A DNA stretch of 57,415 nucleotides from Macrostomum lignano (Eukaryota), in NCBI GenBank assembly GCA_002269645.1, contig NIVC01003190.1, forward strand, positions 1 through 57,415. The letters are read 5' to 3'. This document shows, in pieces, positions 48,901-56,416 of this stretch (position 1 is its first letter; each line of letters starts with the position of its first letter). The notes under the pieces were generated by a model that searched no databases, had not been told where the DNA came from, and worked only from the letters and a program-made list of their open reading frames with translations. The position numbers and the translations under genes were made by a program.

Positions 48901-51720
48901 TTTACAGGCATATGCATACCTTCCAAGCCATAGGGTACCAAAAGACGGGGGTAGCTACAAGAGACAGGGAAATCAAGAGGCAGGGTCGACTTAAAAGACA
49001 GGGGCGCCCACCAAGAGACAGGAGCACCCACCTAAGAGACAAATTCAGCCACCAAGAGACAGTAGCACCCACCTAAGAGACAAATTCAGCCACCAAGAGA
49101 CAGGAGCACCCACCTAAGAGACAAATTCAGCCACCAAGAGACAGGAGCACCCACCTAAGAGACAAATTCAGCCACCAAGAGACAGTGTCAGCCACCAAGA
49201 GACAGGAGCACCCACCTAAGAGACAAATTCAGCCACCAAGAGACAAATTCAGCCACCAAGAGACAAATTCAGCCACCAAGAGACAGTAGCACCCACCTAA
49301 GAGACAGTGTCAGCCACCAAGAGACAGTAGCACCCACCTAAGAGACAAATTCAGCCACCAAGAGACAGTAGCACCCACCTAAGAGACAGTGTCAGCCACC
49401 AAGAGACAGTAGCACCCACCTAAGAGACAGTGTCAGCCACCAAGAGACAGTAGCACCCACCTAAGAGACAGTGTCAGCCACCAAGAGACAGTAGCACCCA
49501 CCTAAGAGACAGTGTCAGCCACCAAGAGACAGTAGCACCCACCTAAGAGACAGTGTCAGCCACCAAGAGACAGTAGCACCCACCTAAGAGACAGTGTCAG
49601 CCACCAAGAGACAGTAGCACCCACCTAAGAGACAAATTCAGCCACCAAGAGACAGGGGCACCCACCTAAGAGACAGTGTCAGCCACCAAGAAACAGGGGC
49701 ACCCATCTAAGAGACAGGGTCGCCCACCAAAAGACAGTTGCTCCAATCAAGAGACAGGGGTGCCACTCAAGACACCCCAAGAGTTTCGCCTTCTCCTCCA
49801 GTACAAATCGTGTGTACGCCTGTGCTGCAAAGAATTGTCATAAAAGTGTGAAAGCTTACATGGGTGACATTTCTGTGCACGTTGTTCCCATGAACTCCGC
49901 GTCTGGTCTTTGAAATCTCGGTGTGATACCGACCGATGGTGCGATTCTTGGTGCTCCACTCGTGAGTGTTGTGGAACTTGTACTCCTGAATTGGGTTTAC
50001 ATAAAGCAGCTTTGAAGTGTTATTCAATGAAATTTTGGCGGTGAGAGGAAATATATGCATGGAAACTGAAATTTTCGGGCCTACGTCATCGTGTCCAAGA
50101 AGCGCTGTGACCATGGCCTTCTTCACAGTGGCCAAGAACGCAGTCTCGTCATGCGGATACCGGACATGGCTGACCCGGCCGGCTGGGTCCAGGTGGAAGC
50201 TGAACCAGCCATCCAGCTTGACGTCGCTGCCCTGACCCGCAGTCTGGCCTCGGCCGTTCCTGGCGTGCAGCTTTGTCAACGTCAGGGCCAGGTGCTGAGA
50301 TCCATCCGGCTCCTTGCCTTGCAGCTGGATGGAAAACTGAAAACCGGGGATCGATGTTAGGGTTGAAACAGCTGAGGCAATGACATTCAAGAAAATGAGA
50401 TAAAAGCAGCAAAGTTGCGAGTTCATTGATTCAGCCATATCGATGCTGGAACATTTCTGATCGGAGCAAAGACTCGGCTATAAACCAACCCCGAAACTCG
50501 GCCATCAACCAACCCCGAAACTCGGCCATCAATCAACCTCAAGACTCGGCCATCAACCAACCCCAAGACTCGGCCATAAACCAACCCCAAGACTCGGCCA
50601 TAAACCAACCCGAGACTCGGCCATAAACCAACCCCGAGATTCGGCCGTAAACCAACCCCGAGATTTGGCCATAAACCAACCCCGAGCTTCGGGCATAAAC
50701 CAACCCCGAGCTTTGGCCATAAACCAACCCGAGCTTCGGCCATAAACCAACCCCGAGCTTCGGCCATAAACCAACCCGAGCTTTGGCCATAAACCAAGCC
50801 CGAGCTTCGGCCATGAACCAAACCCGAGACTCGGCCACAAACCAACCCCGAGCTTCGGCCATAAACCAAGCCCGAGACTCGGTCATAAACCAACCCCGAG
50901 CTTCGGCCATAAACCAAGCCCGAGCTTCGGCCATGAACCAAACCCGAGACTCGGCCACAAACCAAACCCGAGACTCGGCCATAAACCAAACCCGAGACTC
51001 GGCCATAAACCAACCCGAGCCCAATCCCGAGCTTCGGGCATAAATCAACCCCGAGCTTCGGCCATAAACCAACCCCGAGATTTGGCCATAAACCAAGCCC
51101 GAGACTCGGTCATAAACCAACCCCGAGCTTCGGCCATAAACCAAGCCCGAGCTTCGGCCATGAACCAAACCCGAGACTCGGCCACAAACCAACCTCGAGC
51201 TTCGGCCATAAACCAAGCCCGAGACTCGGTCATAAACCAACCCCGAGCTTCGGCCATAAACCAAGCCCGAGCTTCGGCCATGAACCAAACCCGAGACTCG
51301 GCCACAAACCAACCTTAAGATATTAAATTTTTTTTAACTGCAATTGATCAAAATTTCTTAACTTTCTCTTTAATCTTAATAAATTTAAATCAATATAGTC
51401 AATGGGTGATAAAAATTAAGCTACATGCATTATTACCTGTCTAGGTAAATATTAACGGTAATAAAAGCAGTTAGGTTGATTTTTAAAACTCCTACAGGTG
51501 CATACACGTCACTAAGCGATTGTACAATTGTTTCTACCTGGCCTGTGACGAACAGGTCACCGATGTCCTTGGTTTTCGTGTGCGTCTCCACATCGTACAC
51601 GTACTGCTTGCCCTCCTTGAAGGAGAACACGGACTCTGCCGGCTTCACAGCTGCCGCAGCGAGCAGCAGCAGAAGCGGCAGGCCCAGCAGGCTGATGCCG
51701 CCACCTCTGCTGGATGGCAT
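6617..51720 (-). CDS. Giant (~9,170 aa) multidomain type I membrane protein: LLTP/vitellogenin-N, M23/LECT2-like, 21x Cys-rich repeat, PAN, FN3 array, GH16-like, cadherin-like, EGF, TM; 68 exons, 4 apparent 1-bp frameshifts
   Basis: Hand-spliced GT-AG exons (minus strand, 5' to 3'): 51720-51538, 50336-50085, 49985-49860, 48720-48635, 48536-48347, 48275-48182, 48099-47985, 47887-47710, 47331-47136, 47064-46853, 46774-46641, 46549-46356, 46267-45780, 45684-45471, 45381-45221, 44589-43347, 43262-43029, 42931-42264, 42192-42063, 41964-41365, 40599-40274, 39752-39494, 38539-38229, 38147-37877, 37799-37507, 37235-36977, 36905-36751, 36486-36331, 36250-35989, 35915-35755, 35672-35535, 34947-34689, 34231-34071, 33817-33451, 32826-32663, 32137-30652, 30543-30380, 30293-29226, 26381-26031, 25952-25755, 25674-24607, 24529-24185, 24103-21346, 21245-20958, 20903-20689, 20500-20161, 20078-19784, 19696-19547, 19475-18602, 18505-17391, 17288-16953, 16867-15906, 15837-15684, 15345-15033, 14936-14673, 14580-14447, 14110-13578, 13497-13295, 13185-12940, 12872-11214, 11129-10921, 10845-10494, 10372-10150, 10025-9517, 9069-8890, 8737-8424, 8332-7665, 6920-6617. 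The sum is 27,518 nt; adding 4 restored bases gives 27,522 nt = 9,173 codons + stop, and phases match at each junction. A few boundaries (e.g. 46641, 36331) are less certain. Confidence 0.85.
6987..7400 (-). mobile_element. tRNA-derived SINE family B copy containing an internal tandem array
   Basis: Shares CAC..TCACAC..GTGTT..CAGCGGCCCT and TTCGTGCACAAGC(C/T)CTAAATT with the copies at 34323 and 35049; B-box-like GGTTTGATTCC on the minus strand. Confidence 0.6.
7017..7257. repeat. 34-bp tandem array (7 copies)
   Basis: Unit ACTTTCTAATCGTCAGGCATGTACACCCTGTGTA; copies 2 and 3 are 33 bp, copies 4-7 are identical. Confidence 0.95.
7679..8015 (-). CDS. Giant gene: two EGF-like modules and transmembrane helix
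   Basis: PCQNNGTC...YWCRCPVGWLGDRCE (EGF pattern), then DPCALLRCDPPLVC...CICPPGGDC, then hydrophobic WLVPTLIALGVALVLAGAIIGAVML followed by basic RSRLR. Confidence 0.9.
8530..8960 (-). CDS. Giant gene: cadherin-like/Ig-like domain
   Basis: NSAPVI...LLAVDPEDDPVVWEL...GQASLSADGLLVYRP...LVVTD resembles the AxDxD/GxxxYxP pattern of cadherin-like (Big_9-type) folds. Confidence 0.55.
9184..9445 (+). mobile_element. tRNA-derived SINE family A (CORE-like central domain)
   Basis: A-box TAGCCCAATGGTTAGAG, B-box GGTTCGCTTCCC, then TGTGTCCTTGAGCCAGACACTTAAC...CAGCTGTAAAATGGG, similar to the CORE-SINE motif; near-copies at 39927 and 40774. Confidence 0.85.
9960..20430 (-). CDS. Giant gene: array of ~17-18 FN3-like repeats
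   Basis: Recurrent W-x-x-F-x-D-P-E-S-G-I-x-x-Y...G and Y-F-V-x-V-x-A-x-N-x-A-G-L...D-x-T-P-P...G-x-V-x-D-G motifs (e.g. SDPESDIKEF, NDPESGVTHY, QDPESGISRY, RSVNNAGL). Confidence 0.8.
11600..12400 (-). CDS. Giant gene: concanavalin-A/GH16-like beta-jelly-roll domain with degenerate catalytic motif
   Basis: WDLHLERD...SGAIQAD...GASYSFKAQV...VVTSLVLWN...GDIDYV...LDFDPSAEFHNYTLHF...VEVDG follows GH16 motif order (L-x-L, SGxIxS, YG/F, ExDxE, FDPxxxFHxY, VDG). Confidence 0.6.
11686..11690 (-). other. Apparent 1-bp deletion frameshift 4 in giant gene (T5, expected T6)
   Basis: CAC TTT TTA GCA TAG stops; one extra T gives H-F-F-S-I-A-Q-D-T-G-Y-R-E-W-T-A-R-V-E-V-D-G, continuing into ORF 11167-11625. 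Confidence 0.75.
14026..14030 (-). other. Apparent 1-bp deletion frameshift 3 in giant gene
   Basis: Frame A gives GLNLQNGETYFAIVSGTTAL then stops; frame B gives HIITVRSSGVVI. One extra G (CTA GGT CAC) joins them into a normal FN3 strand. Confidence 0.8.
19390..19696 (-). CDS. Giant gene: PAN/apple domain
   Basis: SFLCAEDCLKQGDKCRAFNYHSVNKVCEL matches the PAN CxxxC...CxAFxY...CxL pattern across exons 48-49. Confidence 0.75.
22050..43262 (-). CDS. Giant gene: 21 tandem copies of an unrecognised ~190-aa cysteine-rich repeat
   Basis: Approximate consensus C-P-x(8-16)-C-x5-C-x4-C-C-x2-L...W-x2-[VLI]-D-P-C...G-F-E-x-W...W-G...L-x-Y...C-x(3-5)-C...L-P-x-P-x-C...W...N-R-L-G...Q-C; 21 C-x5-C-x4-CC cores counted. 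Confidence 0.88.
23812..23822 (-). other. Apparent 1-bp deletion frameshift 2 in giant gene
   Basis: Frame A gives LILNRLGLQFDDM; the repeat continues in frame B as HQQCEVDYLQ...CTPTKSCTGMECC. One extra base after ATG restores the LNRLG...QC linker consensus. Confidence 0.8.
26632..26671 (-). ncRNA. Minimal type I hammerhead ribozyme motif (inverted pLTR copy)
   Basis: Reverse complement is identical to 28414-28453: CC-CUGACGA-U-GUCC-loop-GGAC-GAAA-UGCA-UC-GG. Confidence 0.65.
26680..28227 (+). CDS. Penelope-like reverse transcriptase / GIY-YIG endonuclease, N-terminally truncated, 515 aa open
   Basis: LYGLCKVHK..PLRPIVS, SFDVVSLFTNIP, GCAMGSPLAP, YKRYVDDTF, LPFLD (RT motifs); GVVYKFVC...YIGKTKR...R..EH...LEALYI...PTLNNQ (GIY-YIG). 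Starts at TTG at the inversion junction, so there is no true start. Confidence 0.93.
   Translation: MNVLTHPILKNERSLQNFLRTYVKPHVSPEIFKVIVPNGSQPGQLYGLCKVHKDGHPLRPIVSMINTSEYELAKFLDNLIKPVIPSEHCVGSNKQFIESLSNTTINQTDRLYSFDVVSLFTNIPLDFTIELAADLVYEKTDPPPFSKATFKKMLKFATSGIFLFRDKYYRQIDGCAMGSPLAPTLANLCMAHWEKDWMALPCAPHFYKRYVDDTFAIFEDEAKKDEFFKLINSTHENIKFTAEGGGRRLPFLDIDVDATDETISTSVYRKPSFTGLMLRFDALCPRQWKTGLIRCFLHRAFSTCSSWRLFHNEVEILTNLLSYNGYPKNFVMKIVNSFLNDKLTEPNRMKVRDSTSECPLITLPYFGVCSIEFKKKLEKLLRKDLNTQIRVVFRTEKIAKFVCKLKSSVPRPLAAGVVYKFVCSEDQSISYIGKTKRHLYTRVREHWLKNSAINEHLLTCNSCCEAEPHEMIKAIDFCNRDHMLCLLEALYIKTKQPTLNNQLAMGGASRQLRIF
28414..28453 (+). ncRNA. Minimal type I hammerhead ribozyme motif in the 3' pLTR
   Basis: Core CUGACGA 28416-28422, extra U, stem II GUCC/GGAC (28424-27 / 28438-41), GAAA 28442-45, palindromic helix III AUGCAU, cleavage triplet AUC (cut after 28451); helix I only 2 bp (CC/GG). 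Confidence 0.7.
28525..29204. mobile_element. Possible solo LTR or unclassified insertion in intron 38
   Basis: GC-richer than the intron background; TGATGT (28525) ... ACATCA (29204) 6-bp inverted ends (the first 3 bases overlap the PLE call); TATAAATA at 28561; no TSD found. Confidence 0.3.
34323..34601 (-). mobile_element. tRNA-derived SINE family B, full length
   Basis: Minus strand starts GGGGAATCGTAGTCCAGTGGTCTAGCG (A-box) ... GGATTCAAAT (B-box-like); body nearly identical to 40983-41183. Confidence 0.8.
35049..35248 (-). mobile_element. tRNA-derived SINE family B-related copy
   Basis: Minus-strand CTCAGTGGTTAA (A-box) and GGGTTCCATTCC (B-box); shares body motifs with the copies at 6987 and 34323. 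Confidence 0.6.
38738..39427. repeat. 15-bp tandem array, 46 copies
   Basis: (GGCGCCAGCACCAAA)46; only two units carry a single substitution; lies in intron 22. Confidence 0.98.
39927..40200 (+). mobile_element. tRNA-derived SINE family A copy
   Basis: GGTTCGATTTCC B-box, TCCTTGAGCAAGACACTTAAC...CAGCTGTAAAATGGG; same body as the 9184 copy. Confidence 0.82.
40774..41320 (+). mobile_element. SINE family A copy interrupted by a family B fragment
   Basis: Head GGGGTTGTAGCCTGGTGGTTAGAG; body resumes at 41188 after the insert; 50-bp duplication 40927-40976 / 41188-41237. Confidence 0.82.
40983..41183 (-). mobile_element. SINE family B, 5'-truncated, nested in SINE A
   Basis: Aligns to about the first 190 bp of the 34323 copy (ATTACTTGCCCTCCCCTGAGCAGGGCG...TTTAGCCT) but lacks the tRNA head. 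Confidence 0.82.
42378..42383 (-). other. Apparent 1-bp deletion frameshift 1 in giant gene
   Basis: Frame A gives KCRNGPLQLELPQFLVH*; frame B gives LRSRVFCQVSPNCTKFECC. One extra C (CAA TTC CCT GGT GCA CTG AGA) joins them into repeat 2. Confidence 0.8.
43930..44370 (-). CDS. Giant gene: LECT2-like M23 zinc metallopeptidase domain
   Basis: HxxxD motif NHPGVD (44289-44275) followed by VVVPFKG; LSAGDKLG; HxH motif HIH (43989-43981) then YLDSSKYL. Same order and similar wording as LECT2 (HQGVD..VYAPFTG..KGEKLG..HVH..DPTAYL, recalled from memory). Confidence 0.82.
46641..51720 (-). CDS. Giant gene: signal peptide and vitellogenin/MTP-like (LLTP) lipid-transfer N-terminal domain
   Basis: Hydrophobic leader LLGLPLLLLLAAAAVKPAES; FKEGKQYVYDVET...WFSFHLDPAGRVSHVRYPHDETAFLATVKKAMVTAL (beta-barrel N-sheet pattern); helical LALGTVCRL, LIDSLGNAA, AALTDSDEHVRYEA, typical of the LLTP alpha-domain. 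Confidence 0.75.
48940..49775. repeat. Composite 20/21-bp (41-bp dimer) tandem array
   Basis: Alternating CCACCAAGAGACAG(T/G)(A/G)GCAC and CCACCTAAGAGACA(GTGT/AATT)CAG; degenerate at both ends; lies in intron 3. Confidence 0.95.
50470..51315. repeat. 24-bp tandem array (~35 copies) with a 120-bp higher-order period
   Basis: Unit CGAG(CT/AC)TCGGCCATAAACCAACCC with 23-bp variants; 51121-51195 is identical to 51241-51315; lies in intron 1. Confidence 0.95.
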
Positions 51721-54700
51721 GGCAATTTGCTGAGTGCGGGTCTTCTGACCTCAGTGATTTAGGCTGATTATTTGCAATCGCTTCTGGGCGATTTAGAAAT
51801 TGAAAAGGCAAAAGTATTTTCTAGAATGCTCTAGAAAGTGAATTCAGAAGAGAGTTTCTCTCCCTTCAAGCCTCTAAATTAGCCCAGCAAAGCAACGGAT
51901 CAGATAAATATACTGTCCAAAAGTGAGACTTCTGCCTACGACACTGCATGTACGAAGCCTAGACTATTGCACTTAATTATCTTGCCCTTCAGCTAGCTAA
52001 ATTTTATGCTTGATTTTTTTCAAAGCACAGCGGTTTTCAACTTTAATCTTATCTTTGGCTGTTTAGTAGCACTGTATAGTGATCCTTCGCGAGCTCATGT
52101 CATGGTTGGCGAGCTCAAGTCGAGAAAAGTCATGTGTATGGCGCAGCTTGTGATTTCAGCAAGATTAGTGCAGCTCAAGAGTCGCGAATTTGATAAGCTA
52201 ACGATTTTAACGAGATCAGGAGAAAATTTCATAAAAAGTACGTGGTAAACGAGTAAAAAAAGTTGTTTTGATATTTATTCATGCTGACATACAACTATGG
52301 TGAATAATATGGTGAAAGACCCTGTTTAAAAAGATTCACATGTACACGTAGCCATAGCTTTGATCGAAAAACAAGTTTTTCAAATTTTAGCACTGATTGT
52401 GCGCATAAAAATTTACATATAGACAGGAAAATTCGTTTATTTGTTGTACGCGTGGTTTACAACGTATGAACTGTATATATGCATCCTATGCAGTACAACC
52501 ATAACCGGATTCCGTAAATATCATGTAGAGATCGGGCAGGACTTACTTCGAAAAGGACAAGCCTTTCAATGTCAGTTCTTATAAACCGATAATCTAAATA
52601 ATACATAATCACACCGGAGATGTAATCCATAGCCCAAATGATAATCCAGAGAGATACATCAGTGTCTTGGCAAAAAGAGGCGCAACAATTGTAGTAAAAG
52701 CAAAAATATATTTAACGAAATTCTCTTAAACAGCAGTTTCTTTTTAGAAAAAAGGTTCATGACTCTCAGTTGCAATGTGTCGTGAAATTTTGAAAAAGGC
52801 GATAATTGAGGAAGTGGCGAGTTTTAATTTCAGTTTTCTAAGAAACCTGAGCTAAACTTGTCGACTGACTGACTGACTGACTGACCGAACTTTGACATAT
52901 CCTTCAACTCATAGTTAGCAACTTAGCTTTGCGTCACCTGATAGCAGTGACCTATTGTCTTTTTAAAATGTCATTTGGAGGATTTAAAGAGTTCTTTAAT
53001 CGAGAAAAGGTATGAAAATTGAATGCTGTTTTGCTCATGGCTTTCTTGAATTTTTTAAATTAATTATATTTATACCATCTTTCAGTCAGATGCAGTGTGC
53101 AATTAATTTTATTTAATTTGCTTGATCTTAACGAATGGGCATGATCAGCTTCATTTATAAATTGCAACTATTTGTGTCAAGTATCTTTTAACAAAAGTAC
53201 ATATAGGCTCAGAAATTTGTCTTCCCCGACTTAAGTATGGCTATGCTATTTTATATTTAAATTACTTCAAATAGAATTTTTAACAAGTCTGAGTTTTTAG
53301 ACAATGCATTGATACTGATATGCTTTTTACCTTTATGCAGCCTTTAACTGGTTAACTGTGTAAGATTTGTAGATATAAACTTGCTTAGCTTAGCTTTATT
53401 GATCTAGATATCACATTATTGGCGTTGTAATGGCTATAGCCCTCAAAATGGCCGTTTGACAAGAGTACTGACGTTATTAGTCCTAAAACAATGGTGAACT
53501 CAACAATGGCAGAGTAGAGTTTGTAGCGGTAGCACTTGGCAATGGCGGTATATAACAAAAGACACCAACTGGGTTATAATTATCAATGTGTAATGTTAAT
53601 ACAAAAGCTTATGGCGTTATGGGGCACTGGGGGCTGCAACAATGGTCTGATGTAATTTAGTGGTATAGATGACAGTTGAGTAGATGATGATACTTGGGAT
53701 GAAGCCGAGTAGCAAGTGATGGCTATGAGCACAGTGATGGCAGGGAGTAACAAGTAGGCAACAGATAAAGTGGCAAGATTGGGCATTGGCCCATGGCAGT
53801 ATACAGTGGAGCAAGAGTGCGTAGACAGTCTGGCCCAGATAGAGTGGAGCCGTGGCGAGAGATAAGGAGAGAGAAGGAAGGAAAGGAAGGCATGCCAGAA
53901 CAAAGGAAAGAAACGAAGGAGCGCCAGGACAGAAGTGAAAAAAACCCCCAGCCCGCCACCAGGCAGGGTTAATAAAGGAGCGCAGGAGGGTTAGCATAAT
54001 ATATGCAGAGAGTTATCATTGGCTGGCGCAGGAAAACAAGAAACAGAAATTATCGATCGCGTGAGACCATATAGGCTTACGCAAAGCTTACAAAGTACGC
54101 AGTGAATTAGCAATTGATACAGATTAGTTGCGTGCTACTACAAGTAAATGTGAGAATACACAATTGGAAATTTTAAATGAGAAATTGTAAGGAAAATTGT
54201 AGTCCAATGGCCCCTTTGTGAGACCATTTTAAACTAGCAACATCACATAGATTTTTATTAAAATTTTTAACTTTAGAAACAAGATTTTTGCAGAAGTAGA
54301 CTGAGCTTAATAACATATTGATATATTATTGATATAGTATAGTGATATAGTTATAGTATTGATTGGTTATAGTGCTACTTTACTTAGGTTTTATATCTAT
54401 AGTATAAAGTGCAATATTGTCATCAGTATTACTATTTTTTAGATTTGTTAAGCTACTTATATTTTGTCATTGATTTTTGTAAATTTTGAATAACATGCAT
54501 ATGTATAAATTGGTTCTAATATAGCATGTTTATAAAACCTATTTTCTAAAACTTTCAAAAGACTATATTAGAAGTTTCAATTTGAATGTAGAAATTTGTA
54601 CACTTATTTTTTAAAAGTTCAAATTACTTCATTCTAATTAATAATATTAACATCTATATTAGATCTTCTATCTATGGTTTATATAGATAGCATAAGGATA

Positions 54701-54806
54701 ATAAATGATTTTTATTGTTTAAGTTCTAATTTGATACTTTAATGTCCTTTCTCATCAGCATGCAAAAACCAAATACAGCTGCAACAATTCCAAATAAAAC
54801 CAACAG

Positions 54807-55879
54807 ACCTTCAAGCCCCAGAAGAAGTACAAGGAGGGCACACTTCGCCACCAGCTGCACAAGAACGCTATGGCGTCTCTCAGCGCCGGCATCGATCTGA
54901 AAACTGCGGTGCAGCTGCCGCAGGGCGAGGATCTCAACGATTGGCTTGCAGTGCACGCTGTGGACTTCTACAACCGGGTGAATCTGATCTACGGCACGGT
55001 GGCGGAGGAGTGCACGGAGGTCAGCTGCCCCAAGATGAGCGGCGGCTCCAAGTACGAGTACCAGTGGGCTGACAAGGGCCAGTACAAGAAGCCGACCTCC
55101 CTGCCTGCCAGGGAGTACATCCACCTGCTCATGGACTGGGTTGAGACGCAGATCAGCGACGAGGAACTTTTCCCCACCGACTCCAGCCGGCCGTTTCCCA
55201 AGACCTACTTGGCCAGCGTTAAGAAGATTTTCACTCGCTTATTTCGAGTCTTTGTTCACGTCTATATTCACCACTTTGAGCACCTGGTGTCTGTTGGCGC
55301 CGTGAGTACTTGGGCGTTCAATTTCGGACATCTGGTATCAAGCGTTGCCTTCATTGACATAAGTTGTGCCGGCCATCCCAAGCTGCTTGACACTAGGGAG
55401 TGGCTCCCCAAACCCTACCCAAGGCAGTTCGTTCCCTCACTAACTGTGTTAACTGTTGACACTTTTACCTAAAAGCTCAGCCACATTAATTTGGGCCTCG
55501 TGCGCATCAATTGGCCTGGGGGTTTGTCGTGTGATTTCCGCCTGTGTGAAAGTCAAGGCCATTGAACACTCCGTGTGGATGCGTGCTTGCGTACAAACCA
55601 CCGTGTTCACGTTTGACATCGTTTGAAACGTACTTTATTGAACTTTCAACAATAATTATTTTTCAGGAAGCTCACGTGAATACCTGCTACAAGCACTTTT
55701 TCTACTTTGTGAACGAGTTCGCTCTGGTGGACAAGAAGGAACTGGAGCCGTTGGTGAGTCCTCATGTTTGACTGACAGGCGGAGCTATCTGCACTTATCC
55801 TGCTGTCCAGTAAATTGAACGAAACAAACATATGCGGTCTTAATTGCAGAAGGACATGACCATGAGAATGTGCCGGTAA
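54807..55879 (+). CDS. MOB3: MOB kinase activator 3-like; exons 54807-55301, 55667-55753, 55850-55879 (first coding exon not identified)
   Basis: [64 protein letters not shown]...[14 protein letters not shown]...[11 protein letters not shown]...ELEPL-KDMT. DWxAVHxVDFxNRxNLIYGT and YEYxWxD...YKKP indicate the MOB3 clade. GT-AG phase-0 introns; in-frame TAA upstream of acceptor CAACAG (54806). Confidence 0.92.
55484..55591 (+). mobile_element. SINE family B-related fragment in a MOB3 intron
   Basis: CATTAATTTGGGCC...GAAAGTCAAGGCCATTGAACACTCCGTGTG is reverse-complementary to motifs at 6987-7020 and 34510. Confidence 0.45.
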
Positions 55880-56416
55880 AGAGACCTGTCTATTACTGAC
55901 TTACTGAGTGTAGTGTGCAATAATCCTGATAGTCAAGTGGTTGGTGGATAATTGAATATCAGTTTGCAAAAGTGCAATAAACGTTTTTTTGCATGCGATG
56001 TTAAAGTTTAATCCAGATTTACTCATTTATCATTATGAATCGTGTTTGATAACTTACGCAGACTTTTGTTTGTTAAAAACATTCGACAGAGAAGATTGCA
56101 TGCGGTCAGTCAGTATTTAATTGTGAAATGGTTTTGTATTCAATTATTTATTGCCAATATTTACAGGCTGAGAAATCGCCAGCTGAGTCTAATATTCTTC
56201 CAAAGAAGAAATTCCTTCTTTATTTTGTTAAATCCTTCCGTTTAACTCTATTCGTTTTTCTCAGTAAAGCAATTTCGAAAATTTTTGTCTGCTAAATTTA
56301 CGACTCATTCTTCAATATACATCGGTGCAATGCGTTTTGACAACTTTTTAAAATAAAAATTCGTGATAATGATTCTATTAAGTGCTCTTCTTAGTTCCTG
56401 TTTTGTTTATTTGGTC

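Noticed and set aside
50423-51318. Multiple repetitive ORFs in the 24-bp array
   Set aside because: The unit length is a multiple of 3, 23-bp variants shift the frames, and the array lies inside intron 1.
52863-52884. (GACT)5 microsatellite
   Set aside because: Short and ordinary.
53583-53997. Three overlapping minus-strand ORFs in a purine-skewed tract
   Set aside because: The hydrophobic, low-complexity translations reflect strand composition; no motifs or splice support.
54870-55472. Single-exon MOB1 call from the ORF track
   Set aside because: The ORF starts at an internal Met and runs into an intron after ...SVGA; diagnostic residues fit MOB3, not MOB1 (which has NEWIAVNTVDFFNQINMLYG).
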